Positions 37,098 to 46,691 of a stretch of DNA of 64,000 nucleotides are shown piece by piece. This stretch comes from an uncultured Acidobacteriia bacterium. GTDB taxonomy: Bacteria; Acidobacteriota; Terriglobia; Bryobacterales; Bryobacteraceae. The notes under the pieces are model-generated. The model searched no databases. It saw nothing but the letters and a program-made list of their open reading frames with translations, and had not been told where the DNA came from. The DNA is taken from positions 6 through 64,005 of the forward strand of contig CAIRBY010000700.1 of NCBI GenBank assembly GCA_903876865.1. The letters are read 5' to 3'. Made by a program: the position numbers and the translations under genes. Each line of letters starts with the position of its first letter. Position 1 is the first letter of the stretch.

Positions 37098-39364
37098 AGC
37101 GGCCCGGCGATTTCCGCATCGTCAATCATTCCGTGCCACGCGCCGACGGCGTCGCCAAGGTGACGGGGCGCGCCATGTATACCAGCGATATCGAACTCGA
37201 TGGGATGACCTGGGCCAAGGTGCTGCGCAGCCCTTTCGCACACGCTCGCATCGTCTCGATCGACACGGCGGCAGCACGGCAAAGTCCCGGTGTTCTCGAC
37301 GTGATTACAGGCACCGATCTGGCATCGCTCCGGCCCTATTACGGACACGCCGTGAAGGACCATCCCATTCTGGCGATCGACAAGGTCCGCTTCATCGGCG
37401 AGCCGGTGGCAGCGGTAGTCGCTGAAGACGATCTGTCAGCGGAAGAAGCGCTGCAATTGATCGAGGTCGAATACGAAGAACTTCCATCGGTCATGGAAGT
37501 GGATGCCTCGCTCGCCCCCGAGGCCCCCCTGATTCACGACGAGGCTTATACCGAGGGCGCCTTCCGCGGTTTCAAGGACGGACGTCAGGCATCGGGCAAC
37601 GTCTGCCAGTACGTGAAAGTGAAGTGGGGGGATGCCGCGGCGGCATTCGCATCCGCCGCGCACGTGGTCGAAAACGAATTCCATTTCCCCATGGCGTACG
37701 CCTACGCCATGGAAGCCTACGTCGCGATTGCCGATTATTCGAAGAAGGGACTGACCGTTTACTCCTCCGCGCAGCATCCCTTCATGGTGCGGCACGATCT
37801 CGCCGATATTTTCGACCTGCCGCTGAATGCTGTGCGCATGATCATCCCGTATGTCGGCGGCGGCTACGGCAGCAAGAGCTACACCAAGATCGAGCCGATC
37901 GCGGCAGTTTGTTCGTGGCGCACCGGACGTCCGGTCAAGTTGCGCTTGAGCATCGACGAGGCCTTTCTCACGACACGCGGGGACGATGCCCGGGTTCGCA
38001 TCCGCACCGCCTGCGACGCCGAGGGTAAATTCCTCGCGCGCCAGGCGACGATCCACCTGAACACCGGCGCGTACGCGGAAAACAGCCCGCTGGTCTGCGC
38101 CAAAGCCGCCAATCGCATCATCGGACCCTACCTGATTCCCAACGTCGATATCGATTGCTACGCGGTGTATACGAACACCGTGCCTGCCAGTTCCTATCGC
38201 GGCTTCGGATCGACGCAGGTCACATTCCCGGCGGAATCCCAGAACGAAGAACTCGCGGACCTGATCGGAGTCGACCCGTTCGAATTTCGCATGCGCAATC
38301 TGGCGCAACGCGGCGAAGTGATTTATCCGGGGCTCCGTCCAATCGACGCCGACGTTCCCGGCGACCTGCGGCAGATCGAGAGCAAATTCGAGGAATGGGG
38401 CGCGGTGCAGGAAGGACGCGGCCGCGCGGTCGGTTGTTCGGCAAGCGACGCGGGATCGCACCCGGTCACCTCGGCGATGATTCATGTGTATTCGGACGGC
38501 TCGGTTTCCGTGTTGAGCGGCGCCACTGAGATTGGCCAGGGAAGCCATACGGTCCTCGCCCAGATTGCGGCGGAAGAGATGGGCGTGCCCATGTCGAAAG
38601 TCCGCGTAGTGGGCGGAGACACGGCTATCACACCCTTTGAGCGCTCCACGGGCGCAAGCCGCACCACAACCCTGATGGGGCGCGCCGTGCTGGAGGCTTG
38701 CCGCGAAGCGATCGCGCAACTCATGAGCTTTGCCGCGGAGGCGCTCGGCGTTGCGCAATCCGCGCTGATCGAAGAGTGCGGCGGTGTGCGCCATGGCGAC
38801 ACGCAGTGGAGTTGGGGCGAAGTCATCGAGAAGCATTTCAAGCACAAGGACACCAGCATCATCGGAAGAGCTTACCTGCGGCAAACGGGCGACTTGAAAT
38901 TGATGCCTCCGTTTTGGGAGATCGGTGTCGTGGGGACTGAAATCTCGGTCGACCAAGAGACCGGAAAGATTCGCCTGGAGCGCCTGATGACGGTGGGGGA
39001 TGTCGGCTTGGCAATCAACCCGGCCGCTGCCGAGGGGCAGGATCTGGGCGCGGCGACCATGGGCATCGGAGTGGGCTTGTTCGAAGAACTGATTTACGAC
39101 GGGCAGCAATTGACGAACGGTTCCCTGCTGGAATACCGGGTACCGCGATTTTCCGATCTTGCGCCGGACATTCATATGACCCTGGCGCAGAATCAGGACG
39201 GCTCCGGACCGTATGGCGCCAAGGGCGGCGGGGAAGGTTCACTGAATCCGATTCCGGCCTGTCTGGCAAACGCGCTCTACCGTGCAACCGGCGCGCGTGT
39301 CCGGCGTTTGCCGCTTACCCCGGAACGAGTCTGGCGCGCTTTACAGGAAAGACCAAAAGTTTAG
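37094..39364 (+). CDS. molybdopterin-binding large subunit (CoxL/XdhB-like)
   Basis: Start re-chosen at the GTG at 37094, overlapping the coxS stop (GTGA). a/b-hammerhead N-terminus (ADGVAKVTGRAMYTSD). Further blocks: SSYRGFG, GGGEGSLNPIPACLANALY. Confidence 0.9.
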   Translation: MKRPGDFRIVNHSVPRADGVAKVTGRAMYTSDIELDGMTWAKVLRSPFAHARIVSIDTAAARQSPGVLDVITGTDLASLRPYYGHAVKDHPILAIDKVRFIGEPVAAVVAEDDLSAEEALQLIEVEYEELPSVMEVDASLAPEAPLIHDEAYTEGAFRGFKDGRQASGNVCQYVKVKWGDAAAAFASAAHVVENEFHFPMAYAYAMEAYVAIADYSKKGLTVYSSAQHPFMVRHDLADIFDLPLNAVRMIIPYVGGGYGSKSYTKIEPIAAVCSWRTGRPVKLRLSIDEAFLTTRGDDARVRIRTACDAEGKFLARQATIHLNTGAYAENSPLVCAKAANRIIGPYLIPNVDIDCYAVYTNTVPASSYRGFGSTQVTFPAESQNEELADLIGVDPFEFRMRNLAQRGEVIYPGLRPIDADVPGDLRQIESKFEEWGAVQEGRGRAVGCSASDAGSHPVTSAMIHVYSDGSVSVLSGATEIGQGSHTVLAQIAAEEMGVPMSKVRVVGGDTAITPFERSTGASRTTTLMGRAVLEACREAIAQLMSFAAEALGVAQSALIEECGGVRHGDTQWSWGEVIEKHFKHKDTSIIGRAYLRQTGDLKLMPPFWEIGVVGTEISVDQETGKIRLERLMTVGDVGLAINPAAAEGQDLGAATMGIGVGLFEELIYDGQQLTNGSLLEYRVPRFSDLAPDIHMTLAQNQDGSGPYGAKGGGEGSLNPIPACLANALYRATGARVRRLPLTPERVWRALQERPKV

Positions 39365-39400
39365 TTCGAATCTGATTCATAGCGAGAATGGAGGTTAAAC

Positions 39401-40822
39401 GTGGCTGTTGATCTATTGCTTAAAGGTGGCACCGTAGTAACGGAGGGTGGCCCGGTGCAGGCCGATGTGGCGGTTTCCGGCGGAGTCATCGTCGGATTAA
39501 CCGCGGCTGGAGAAGGACCGTCGGCGCGCCGCACGGTCGATGTGACCGGCCTGCATGTATTGCCGGGCGTCATCGATACGCACGCACACCATCGCGAACC
39601 GGGCTATACGCACAAGGAAGACATCATCACCGGAACTTCGGCGGCCGCGGCCGGCGGCGTGACCGTGAGTTGCGCCATGCCGAATGTGTATCCTCCCCCC
39701 AACACCGCAAAAGTGCTGCGCGATATGTTCGCGTTGTACGAACAGAAGTCGGTGATCGATTACAACATCAACGCCGCGTCCTCGAATCTGGAGGAACTGC
39801 CGGCGCTCGCCGAGATGGGGATCCTTTCGTTCAAGATCTTCATGGTGGTGGATACCGGCCGCGACTATCCGCACATGCCCGGAATCGGCGTGCACGATCA
39901 CGGCAAGCTCTTCAAGATGTTCCAGGGCATCCAGAAGACCGGCCTGCCGCTGATGATCCATCCTCACGATCAGGCTCTGATGACCGTGATTGAAGAGGAC
40001 TATTGGGCTCGCGGAGAGAAGGATTTCCGCGCCTATGCCAAGGCCTACAGTTCCTACGATGGCGTGATTTGGGATTCGGCCGTCTCCACTCTGCTGCAAC
40101 TGCAGCGCGCTTCCGGCGTACACCTCCACATTCTGCATCTGCAGACCCGGCGTTGTGTGGAGATGATCCGCGCCGCCCGCGCCGAGGGACGTGCGGTGAC
40201 CTCCGAAGTGAATCCGTGGACGCTTTGGCTGGGCAACGATTGTGCCAACATCGAGAGGCTCGCGTCCTACGCGCTCTCCTACTATGTGGAGCCTCATCAC
40301 TACCAGGCTGTATGGAACGCCTTGCTCGATGGCACGTCCGACATGATCGCCACCGACCACGCACCGCACACTCACGCTGAAAAAGCGCCGGGCCGCGAGA
40401 ACGGCTGGAAGGCCCATACCGGCACCCCGTCGGTGCAGGAGTATGTGTCGCTGCTGATGACGGACGTCAACGACGGCAAACTGAGCCTCAAGAAGGCGGT
40501 CGAACTGCTGTCCGAAAACCCGGCCAAAGTCTTCAAACTCTATCCGAAGAAGGGCGCCATCCGGATCGGCGCGGATGCCGATTTCGCGATCATCGATATG
40601 AACGCGGAACTGGTATTGAACGACGAGCGCGTCATCAGCAAATGCGGTTGGACGCCTTATGCCGGCCGCAAGGTGAAGGGTCTGCCGCTGCACACGATCG
40701 TGCGCGGAAAGTTCGTCTTTGAAGACGGTAAGGTAGTCGGGGAACCCGGTGGCGGCGTGAAGGCCACTCCGCTGACCGCCGAACAGGCGGCACGCCTCAC
40801 TGCCGCCGCGGTATCCGTCTAA
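39401..40822 (+). CDS. cyclic amidohydrolase (dihydroorotase/allantoinase subgroup)
   Basis: LPGVIDTHAHHREPGYTHKEDIITGTSAAAAGGVTVSCAMPN is the DHOase type I/allantoinase metal-binding signature. DHAPH lies later in the sequence. Confidence 0.85.
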   Translation: MAVDLLLKGGTVVTEGGPVQADVAVSGGVIVGLTAAGEGPSARRTVDVTGLHVLPGVIDTHAHHREPGYTHKEDIITGTSAAAAGGVTVSCAMPNVYPPPNTAKVLRDMFALYEQKSVIDYNINAASSNLEELPALAEMGILSFKIFMVVDTGRDYPHMPGIGVHDHGKLFKMFQGIQKTGLPLMIHPHDQALMTVIEEDYWARGEKDFRAYAKAYSSYDGVIWDSAVSTLLQLQRASGVHLHILHLQTRRCVEMIRAARAEGRAVTSEVNPWTLWLGNDCANIERLASYALSYYVEPHHYQAVWNALLDGTSDMIATDHAPHTHAEKAPGRENGWKAHTGTPSVQEYVSLLMTDVNDGKLSLKKAVELLSENPAKVFKLYPKKGAIRIGADADFAIIDMNAELVLNDERVISKCGWTPYAGRKVKGLPLHTIVRGKFVFEDGKVVGEPGGGVKATPLTAEQAARLTAAAVSV

Positions 40823-40858
40823 GTTCGACGATTCCACTACGAGAAAGAAGCCAAGACA

Positions 40859-41839
40859 ATGCCTACCGAATACGGTCTACTGGTCCCGCATTTTGGTCAA
40901 GATGCGAGCAAAGAGAAACTGCTGGAAGGAGCGGTCAAGGCCGAAGCTCTTGGCTTCGACTCGCTGTTTGTCCGCGATCACCTCGTCTTCCATCCGCATG
41001 GGATGGAGGGCACCGACAATACGTTTATCGACCCGTTCGTTGCCCTGACGGCAATGGGTACGGTGACGAAGAAGATCAAACTCGGCTTCGGGTCCCTGAT
41101 CCCCCACCGCCATCCGCTGCTGTGCGCGCTGATGGTCAACTCGCTGGAATACATGGTGGGCGACCGCCTGATTCTCTCCATGGGCCTGGGAAATTTCCAG
41201 GTCGAATTCGACGCGCTCGGCACCGGCGAATGGAAGCGCGACGAACTGGTGGAAGAGCAGGTGGCCATCATGCGCAACGCATGGAACAAGGACCACTTCA
41301 GCCACGAAGGACAGTACTACAAGATTGGCGAAGTGGGCTTCAAGCCGCGTCCCGCCAAAACCCCGGACATCTGGTATGCCGGCGGCACGCCCGCTTCCGT
41401 GCGGCGCGCCCTGGCGTACTGCGAAGGCTGGCTGCCCGGACGGATTACGCTCGACACCTACAAGAAACGGGTTCAGAAGCTGCGTGACGATGCACAGGCG
41501 TCGGGGCGGAGTCGCGTGCTGGAGGGCTGCATCCCGATCACCAGCATTGACGTGGACCGCGAAACCGCGCTCCGCAAAGTCAATGTAGATGGTCTGCTGG
41601 ACAACGCGAACAAACAGAAATTCTGGGTGAAGCCGGAGGCAGGGTCCTTCACGAAGTGGGAAGACCTGGAAGGTTCCTTCCTCGCCGGCAGCCCGGACGA
41701 CATCGTGCGCGAAGTGCAGAAATTCCTCGAAGTGGGAATCGATTTGATCGTATTCGATTTCCGCTTTCGCTTCGACGAATACGACCGTTCCATCGAGTTG
41801 CTCGGAAAAGAGGTTCTGCCGCGGCTTCGTAAACTATGA
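40859..41839 (+). CDS. luciferase-like monooxygenase (LLM) class oxidoreductase, possibly F420-dependent
   Basis: TIM-barrel LLM blocks (GFDSLFVRDHL, LGFGSLIP). Sequence alone cannot decide between FMN and F420 as cofactor. Its stop overlaps the coxM start (ATGA). Confidence 0.8.
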   Translation: MPTEYGLLVPHFGQDASKEKLLEGAVKAEALGFDSLFVRDHLVFHPHGMEGTDNTFIDPFVALTAMGTVTKKIKLGFGSLIPHRHPLLCALMVNSLEYMVGDRLILSMGLGNFQVEFDALGTGEWKRDELVEEQVAIMRNAWNKDHFSHEGQYYKIGEVGFKPRPAKTPDIWYAGGTPASVRRALAYCEGWLPGRITLDTYKKRVQKLRDDAQASGRSRVLEGCIPITSIDVDRETALRKVNVDGLLDNANKQKFWVKPEAGSFTKWEDLEGSFLAGSPDDIVREVQKFLEVGIDLIVFDFRFRFDEYDRSIELLGKEVLPRLRKL

Positions 41840-42702
41840 CGCCACTGAACCGGTTTGAAATCCACCAGCCCGCGACGATTACCGAAGCGTCGCGGATGCT
41901 GCTGGAGCATGGCGAGGAAGGCGGTTGCTACGCCGGCGGCACGGAATTGCTGCTGGCGTTGCGCCATCGCGCCCTGCAGTACCAGCATCTGGTGGATATC
42001 AAAGTCATCCCGGGGCTCAATTCGATTCAGGCGGCCAACGACTGGATCGACATCGGCGCCGCGTGTACCCACCGGGACATTGAGCGCTCCCCCCTGATCC
42101 GCGAGAAACTTCCGGTGGTGGCGGAGATGGAGTCGCACGTCGCCAATGTGCGGGTGCGAGCTTCCGGCACCATCGGCGGCAACCTGTGTTTCGCGGAACC
42201 GCATTCGGACCCGGCTACGTTACTGCTCGCATTGGAAGCCGTTGTGCGCACGGAAGGAGAGTCCGGCGCGCGCGAACTGCGCGTGGATGAACTGATTAAC
42301 GGAGCGTACTCCAATAGCCTGGAGCCCGGCGAGTTGCTCACCTCGATCCACATACCCGTGCTCCTTCCCGTGCAGCGCGCCGCGTACGTGAAGTATCAGA
42401 TTCGCGAGCGTCCGGCGCTCGGTCTGGCGGTGGTACTGGACACGCCCGACGGTGGCGCCACAATCAGCCAGGCGCGCATCGCCATCGGTTGCCTGTGCCC
42501 CTTTCCCCGCCGCTCCGCCGCGGCGGAAGAGATGCTTCGAGGTTCCAGAGAAGAAGTTGAAGCGCTCATCCCCCAAGCCGCCGAGGTGCTAGCCGACGAT
42601 GCGGAACTCATCGACGATAACGAAGGCGCAGCGGATTACAAACGCCACCTGCTAGGAGTATTCCTGCGCCGGGCGGTAGCGCGTGCTCTGGACGGCGCCT
42701 GA
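41836..42702 (+). CDS. FAD-binding medium subunit (CoxM/XdhA-like)
   Basis: Motifs: YAGGTELLLALR and SGTIGGNLCFAEPHSD. Confidence 0.85.
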   Translation: MTPLNRFEIHQPATITEASRMLLEHGEEGGCYAGGTELLLALRHRALQYQHLVDIKVIPGLNSIQAANDWIDIGAACTHRDIERSPLIREKLPVVAEMESHVANVRVRASGTIGGNLCFAEPHSDPATLLLALEAVVRTEGESGARELRVDELINGAYSNSLEPGELLTSIHIPVLLPVQRAAYVKYQIRERPALGLAVVLDTPDGGATISQARIAIGCLCPFPRRSAAAEEMLRGSREEVEALIPQAAEVLADDAELIDDNEGAADYKRHLLGVFLRRAVARALDGA

Positions 42703-42739
42703 TGGCGGCGCTTGCCACTACACCAATTCGGACGAAACT

Positions 42740-44011
42740 ATGTCTTCACAAGTCAATTTCGCAGCTTATATCAAGCCCGAAGAACTAGCCGAACTGGCGC
42801 TGAAGATGGCTAACACCTTCAGCCCGATGGGGCATGAACTGCCTCTGGCCGAAGTGGTTTGCGGCTGGCTGCAAGAGAATCGGCTGAACGCACATCTACA
42901 GCCGATTCTGAGCGACCGCGCCAACGTGGTTGCGGTGCTGCCCGGCGCGGGTGGCGGCAAGAGCCTGCTTTTCAATTCGCATCTCGATACGGAAATTTCA
43001 GGGCCGGAGTTCGATTGGGGAATGCAGGCTCCGGACCTCAATCGCATCGGCGCCTGGCGCGAAGGCAACAAGTTCTTCGGTCACACCATCCTCAATGACC
43101 GCGGCCTGATGGCCACCACGATGATCGCTTTGAAGGCGCTGCGCGATTCCGGCGTGACGATTCCCGGCGACGTCATCTTCACTGGCGTTGTAGGTGAAAC
43201 GGGTGCGGGTCCGGTGGATGAATATCAGGGCCTCACCTACGAAGGTAAAGGGTTCGGCAGCCGTCACCTCGTGTCGCATGGAGTCCGCGCCGATTATGCG
43301 CTGGTGGCCGAGACGACGGACTTCGGTATCTCCTGGCTCGCCTGCGGCGCGTGCTATCTCAAGGTGAAAGTGCCCGGCGTGAATCAGTACACGCCGCGTT
43401 CGCAGCGGCCGGACAATATCAGCGACCACCCCAACGCCATCGTGAAAATGGCGCACGTGATTCAGGCGATCGAAGCCTGGGCGCGCGACTACGAAACCCG
43501 GCACACGATTCAATCCCCCTGCGGGCGGGTGGTCCCCAAAGTCAATATCGGAGCGATTCGCGGCGGAGTGCCCTATCGCCCGAACCGCACTTCCACGCAC
43601 TGCGCGATCTATGTCGACGTGCGTATCCTACCCGGCGAAGATCCGCTCCGTATCCAGGCTGAATTGCAGCGTGCGGTCGATGCCGTGCAGGTGGGCGCCA
43701 AAGTCGAAACCTTTCTGGCTCGCACCGGAGCCGTGGGCACGGGGATCGAACCCCTGGCCGATGAGGTCACGAAGGCGTTCCGCAAGGTTACCGGACAGGA
43801 CCCCCTGCCCGAAGCGCCGCAGGAAGTGGTCAGCATGTGGCGGGACAACAACGTCTTCAACGAAGCGGGCATTTCCTCGCTCACGTTCGGTCCGCCGCGC
43901 CGCCGCGACCCGCAGACCAACCGGTTGTGTTTTGAACTCGACGATCTCGTCAACATGGCGAACGTCTACGCGGAAATCGCATACGCAATCTGCCAACAGG
44001 CGAAAGGTTAA
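42740..44011 (+). CDS. M20 family metallo-amidohydrolase (ArgE/DapE/AllC/carbamoylase type)
   Basis: Start re-chosen at MSSQVNF. LLFNSHLDTE (metal His/Asp), GVVGETG, and a dimerisation insert. Confidence 0.8.
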   Translation: MSSQVNFAAYIKPEELAELALKMANTFSPMGHELPLAEVVCGWLQENRLNAHLQPILSDRANVVAVLPGAGGGKSLLFNSHLDTEISGPEFDWGMQAPDLNRIGAWREGNKFFGHTILNDRGLMATTMIALKALRDSGVTIPGDVIFTGVVGETGAGPVDEYQGLTYEGKGFGSRHLVSHGVRADYALVAETTDFGISWLACGACYLKVKVPGVNQYTPRSQRPDNISDHPNAIVKMAHVIQAIEAWARDYETRHTIQSPCGRVVPKVNIGAIRGGVPYRPNRTSTHCAIYVDVRILPGEDPLRIQAELQRAVDAVQVGAKVETFLARTGAVGTGIEPLADEVTKAFRKVTGQDPLPEAPQEVVSMWRDNNVFNEAGISSLTFGPPRRRDPQTNRLCFELDDLVNMANVYAEIAYAICQQAKG

Positions 44012-44020
44012 GAGCCCCTT

Positions 44021-45463
44021 ATGAGCACCGTCACTCCCGCACCGGGAATCGAATCGGCCCCGCAACATCCTCCGCTAAAAGCTCTGATCGGAATGGTGCT
44101 GGGCCCGCTGCTGGCTCTCATCATCTGGTTCGCTCCGCTGGCGCTCGAGGCCAAGGCTAAGCATGCTTTGGCGATCGTGGCGCTGATGGTCATCTACTGG
44201 GCGCTCGAGCCGATCGATCACGGTCTGACGGCACTGCTGGGCTGCTACCTGTTCTGGGCGCTGGGAGTGACGAAGTTCGACACCGCCTTCGCCGGGTTCA
44301 CCGATAGCACACCCTGGTTCCTGTTCGGCGCCATGCTGATGGGTGAAGCGGCCTCGCGCTCCGGATTGGCCTCGCGCATCGGCTACATGGTGTTGGGCAT
44401 CGTCGGCACTTCCTATGCGCGCCTGTTGCTGAGCGTGATTCTGCTGGTCTTCGTGCTGAATTTCCTGGTGCCTTCCGGCATGGCGCAAGTCGCCATCATC
44501 GCACCGATGCTGATGGGCATGGTAGTGGCCTTCGGCGTGGAAAAGGGTAGCAACATCGGCCGCGGGATGTTCATCATCCTGACCTATACCTGCGGGCTCT
44601 TCAACAAGATGATACTGGCCGGCGGAGCCAGCATCCTCACTCGCGGGCTGGTGGAAAAACTTACCGGACACCCGATCTCATGGAGTTTGTACTTCATCGC
44701 GTACCTGCCCGCCACACTGCTCACCATCGTGGCCTGCTGGCTGACCATCCTGTGGCTCTATCCCCCAGAGAAAAAAGAACTCCCCGGCGGCCGCAAATAT
44801 CTAAAGGATTCGCTGGACGCCCTGGGTCCGTGGAAGACGGCCGAGAAGAAGGCGCTGGCATGGCTGGTATTGGCCATCGCGCTCTGGTCCACCGATGCGC
44901 TGCACGGAGTCAGTCCCGCGGTAATTGCGATGGGAATCGGGCTCGCCGTTTCGCTGCCGGCAATCGGAGTTTTGCGGACCAAGGATGTGCGGTCCATCAA
45001 CTTTCTGCTGATCATCTTCCTCGGCGGGGCTCTCAGTATGGGCGAGGTCCTGATCAAGACCAAGGCTCTCGACACCTTGACCGGGGTCATGATGTCGTGG
45101 ATGGAACCGATGCTCGCCAGCAACTTCTGGGCCGCCAGCGCGCTCTACTGGACCGGCTTCGTGTATCATTTCGCGCTGGCCAGCGAACTCTCGATGATCA
45201 GCACATCGCTCCCGGTTCTCATTAAGTACGCACAGAGCCACGGCTACAATCCAGTGGCTATCGCAATGCTTTGGAACTTCGCCTCCGGTGGCAAGTTGTT
45301 CGTGTATCAATCGTCGGTGCTGGTGCTCGGTTATTCGTTCGGCTACTTTGAGGGCCGCGACTTGCTCAAGGTCGGCGCGGTGCTCACGCTGATCGAAGGC
45401 CTGATCGTGATGTTCCTGGTGCCGATTTACTGGCCGATGATCGGCCTGAACTGGGGCTTATGA
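44021..45463 (+). CDS. DASS/SLC13-type anion transporter (paralogue of 27558-28997)
   Basis: 480 aa. Long identical runs with the paralogue, e.g. DSTPWFLFGAMLMGEAASRSGLA, LNFLVPSG, GSNIGRGMF, LWLYPPEK, GKLFVYQS. Confidence 0.85.
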   Translation: MSTVTPAPGIESAPQHPPLKALIGMVLGPLLALIIWFAPLALEAKAKHALAIVALMVIYWALEPIDHGLTALLGCYLFWALGVTKFDTAFAGFTDSTPWFLFGAMLMGEAASRSGLASRIGYMVLGIVGTSYARLLLSVILLVFVLNFLVPSGMAQVAIIAPMLMGMVVAFGVEKGSNIGRGMFIILTYTCGLFNKMILAGGASILTRGLVEKLTGHPISWSLYFIAYLPATLLTIVACWLTILWLYPPEKKELPGGRKYLKDSLDALGPWKTAEKKALAWLVLAIALWSTDALHGVSPAVIAMGIGLAVSLPAIGVLRTKDVRSINFLLIIFLGGALSMGEVLIKTKALDTLTGVMMSWMEPMLASNFWAASALYWTGFVYHFALASELSMISTSLPVLIKYAQSHGYNPVAIAMLWNFASGGKLFVYQSSVLVLGYSFGYFEGRDLLKVGAVLTLIEGLIVMFLVPIYWPMIGLNWGL

Positions 45464-45479
45464 TCGGCCTGCACTGGGG
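45438..45479 (+). repeat. 23-bp tandem duplication across the transporter stop codon
   Basis: TGATCGGCCTGAACTGGGG at 45438-45456 and TGATCGGCCTGCACTGGGG at 45461-45479. Period 23, one mismatch. Confidence 0.8.
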
Positions 45480-45482
45480 TCA

Positions 45483-46691
45483 ATGACCGCCGGCACATTC
45501 CGTGCGTTTCGCAACCGGAATTTCCGCTGGTTCTTCGCCGGCCAAGTCCTATCGGTTACCGGCACCTGGGCACAGCGCGTGGCGTTGGGCTGGCTGGCCT
45601 ACCGGCTGACCCATTCGTCGCTATTCCTTGGAATGGCGGCGTTCGCATCCAGCGCGCCGGCCTTCCTGCTCACACCGATCGCAGGCGTCATCGCCGATCG
45701 CGTGGACCGCCGGCAACTGCTGATTTGGGCGCAAGTATTCGGCCTGCTGCAGGCCGCGGGACTCGCAGGAGCGACCTTGACCGGCGTCATCACGCCCAAC
45801 TGGCTGCTGTTCTTCTCCCTGATCCTGGGGATCATCAACGCATTTGAGAACCCGGTGAGGCAATCGTTCTACACCGGGATGGTGGGGCCTGAAGACCTTT
45901 CCAATGCCATTGCGCTGAACTCATCGCTGGTGAATGCGGCGCGAGTGGTTGGTCCCGCTCTGGCCGGCGCGGTTGTGGCCGCTTGGGGCGAGGGCATCTG
46001 TTTCGTTCTGAACTCTCTCAGCTTTGTCGCCGTGATTTTCGCCCTGATGATGATGAAGGTGGATGCCCAGCTCCGGACTGCCGACCCTGCCGGCGGTTGG
46101 GAGTTGCTGCGCCAGGGCTTTGCCTTCATCCGTCAATCCCCAGTCCTGAGCGCCATGTTGCTGAACCTCGCGATTTTCAGCGTGGCGGGCAGTCCGTATC
46201 TCACGCTGCTGCCCGTACTGACTGTGGAACGCCTGAGTTCCGGGCCCGTGGGACTCGGCTGGCTGATCTCAGCTTCCGGAGCCGGCGCCATCGTCGCCTC
46301 CCTCGCGCTTGCGTCGAAACAATCGACCAGCGGCCTGCCCGCCGCTTCGTTCGCAGCGACCGCAGTCGCGGGTGTCGCTCTGGTGGTACTCGGTTTTTCC
46401 CGCAGCTTCGCACTCTCTCTGGTAATGTTGCTCCTGATCGGGGCGGGTTATGTCCTGATGCTGGCGGGCACCCAAACCATGATGCAGAGTCTGGCAAGCG
46501 AGAGCATGCGCGGGCGCGTCATGAGCTTCTACTCGCTGGTATTCCTCGGAGTCCCACCGCTCGGCAGCCTGGCCGCCGGCTTCGCGGCGGAGAGGCTGCA
46601 CGCCAGCATGACAGTCGCGCTCGGTGGCGGGCTATGCGCCCTGGCTGCTGTTGCCGTCGCGCGTCGCAGTTACGGCAGTACGGGCAACTGA
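45483..46691 (+). CDS. MFS transporter
   Basis: About 12 hydrophobic segments. The N-terminus FRNRNFRWFFAGQVLSVTGTW is typical of the MFS_3/EntS-like group. The 3' end overlaps the convergent cofH by 22 nt. Confidence 0.85.
   Translation: MTAGTFRAFRNRNFRWFFAGQVLSVTGTWAQRVALGWLAYRLTHSSLFLGMAAFASSAPAFLLTPIAGVIADRVDRRQLLIWAQVFGLLQAAGLAGATLTGVITPNWLLFFSLILGIINAFENPVRQSFYTGMVGPEDLSNAIALNSSLVNAARVVGPALAGAVVAAWGEGICFVLNSLSFVAVIFALMMMKVDAQLRTADPAGGWELLRQGFAFIRQSPVLSAMLLNLAIFSVAGSPYLTLLPVLTVERLSSGPVGLGWLISASGAGAIVASLALASKQSTSGLPAASFAATAVAGVALVVLGFSRSFALSLVMLLLIGAGYVLMLAGTQTMMQSLASESMRGRVMSFYSLVFLGVPPLGSLAAGFAAERLHASMTVALGGGLCALAAVAVARRSYGSTGN

Noticed and set aside
42475-42490. Operator-like sequence GCCATCGGTTGCC inside coxM, and half-sites such as TGCAATCG at 8298 and GCAATCGC at 16443.
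   Set aside because: They carry two or more mismatches in conserved positions, or only one half-site, and they lie inside coding regions. They are not counted as operators.
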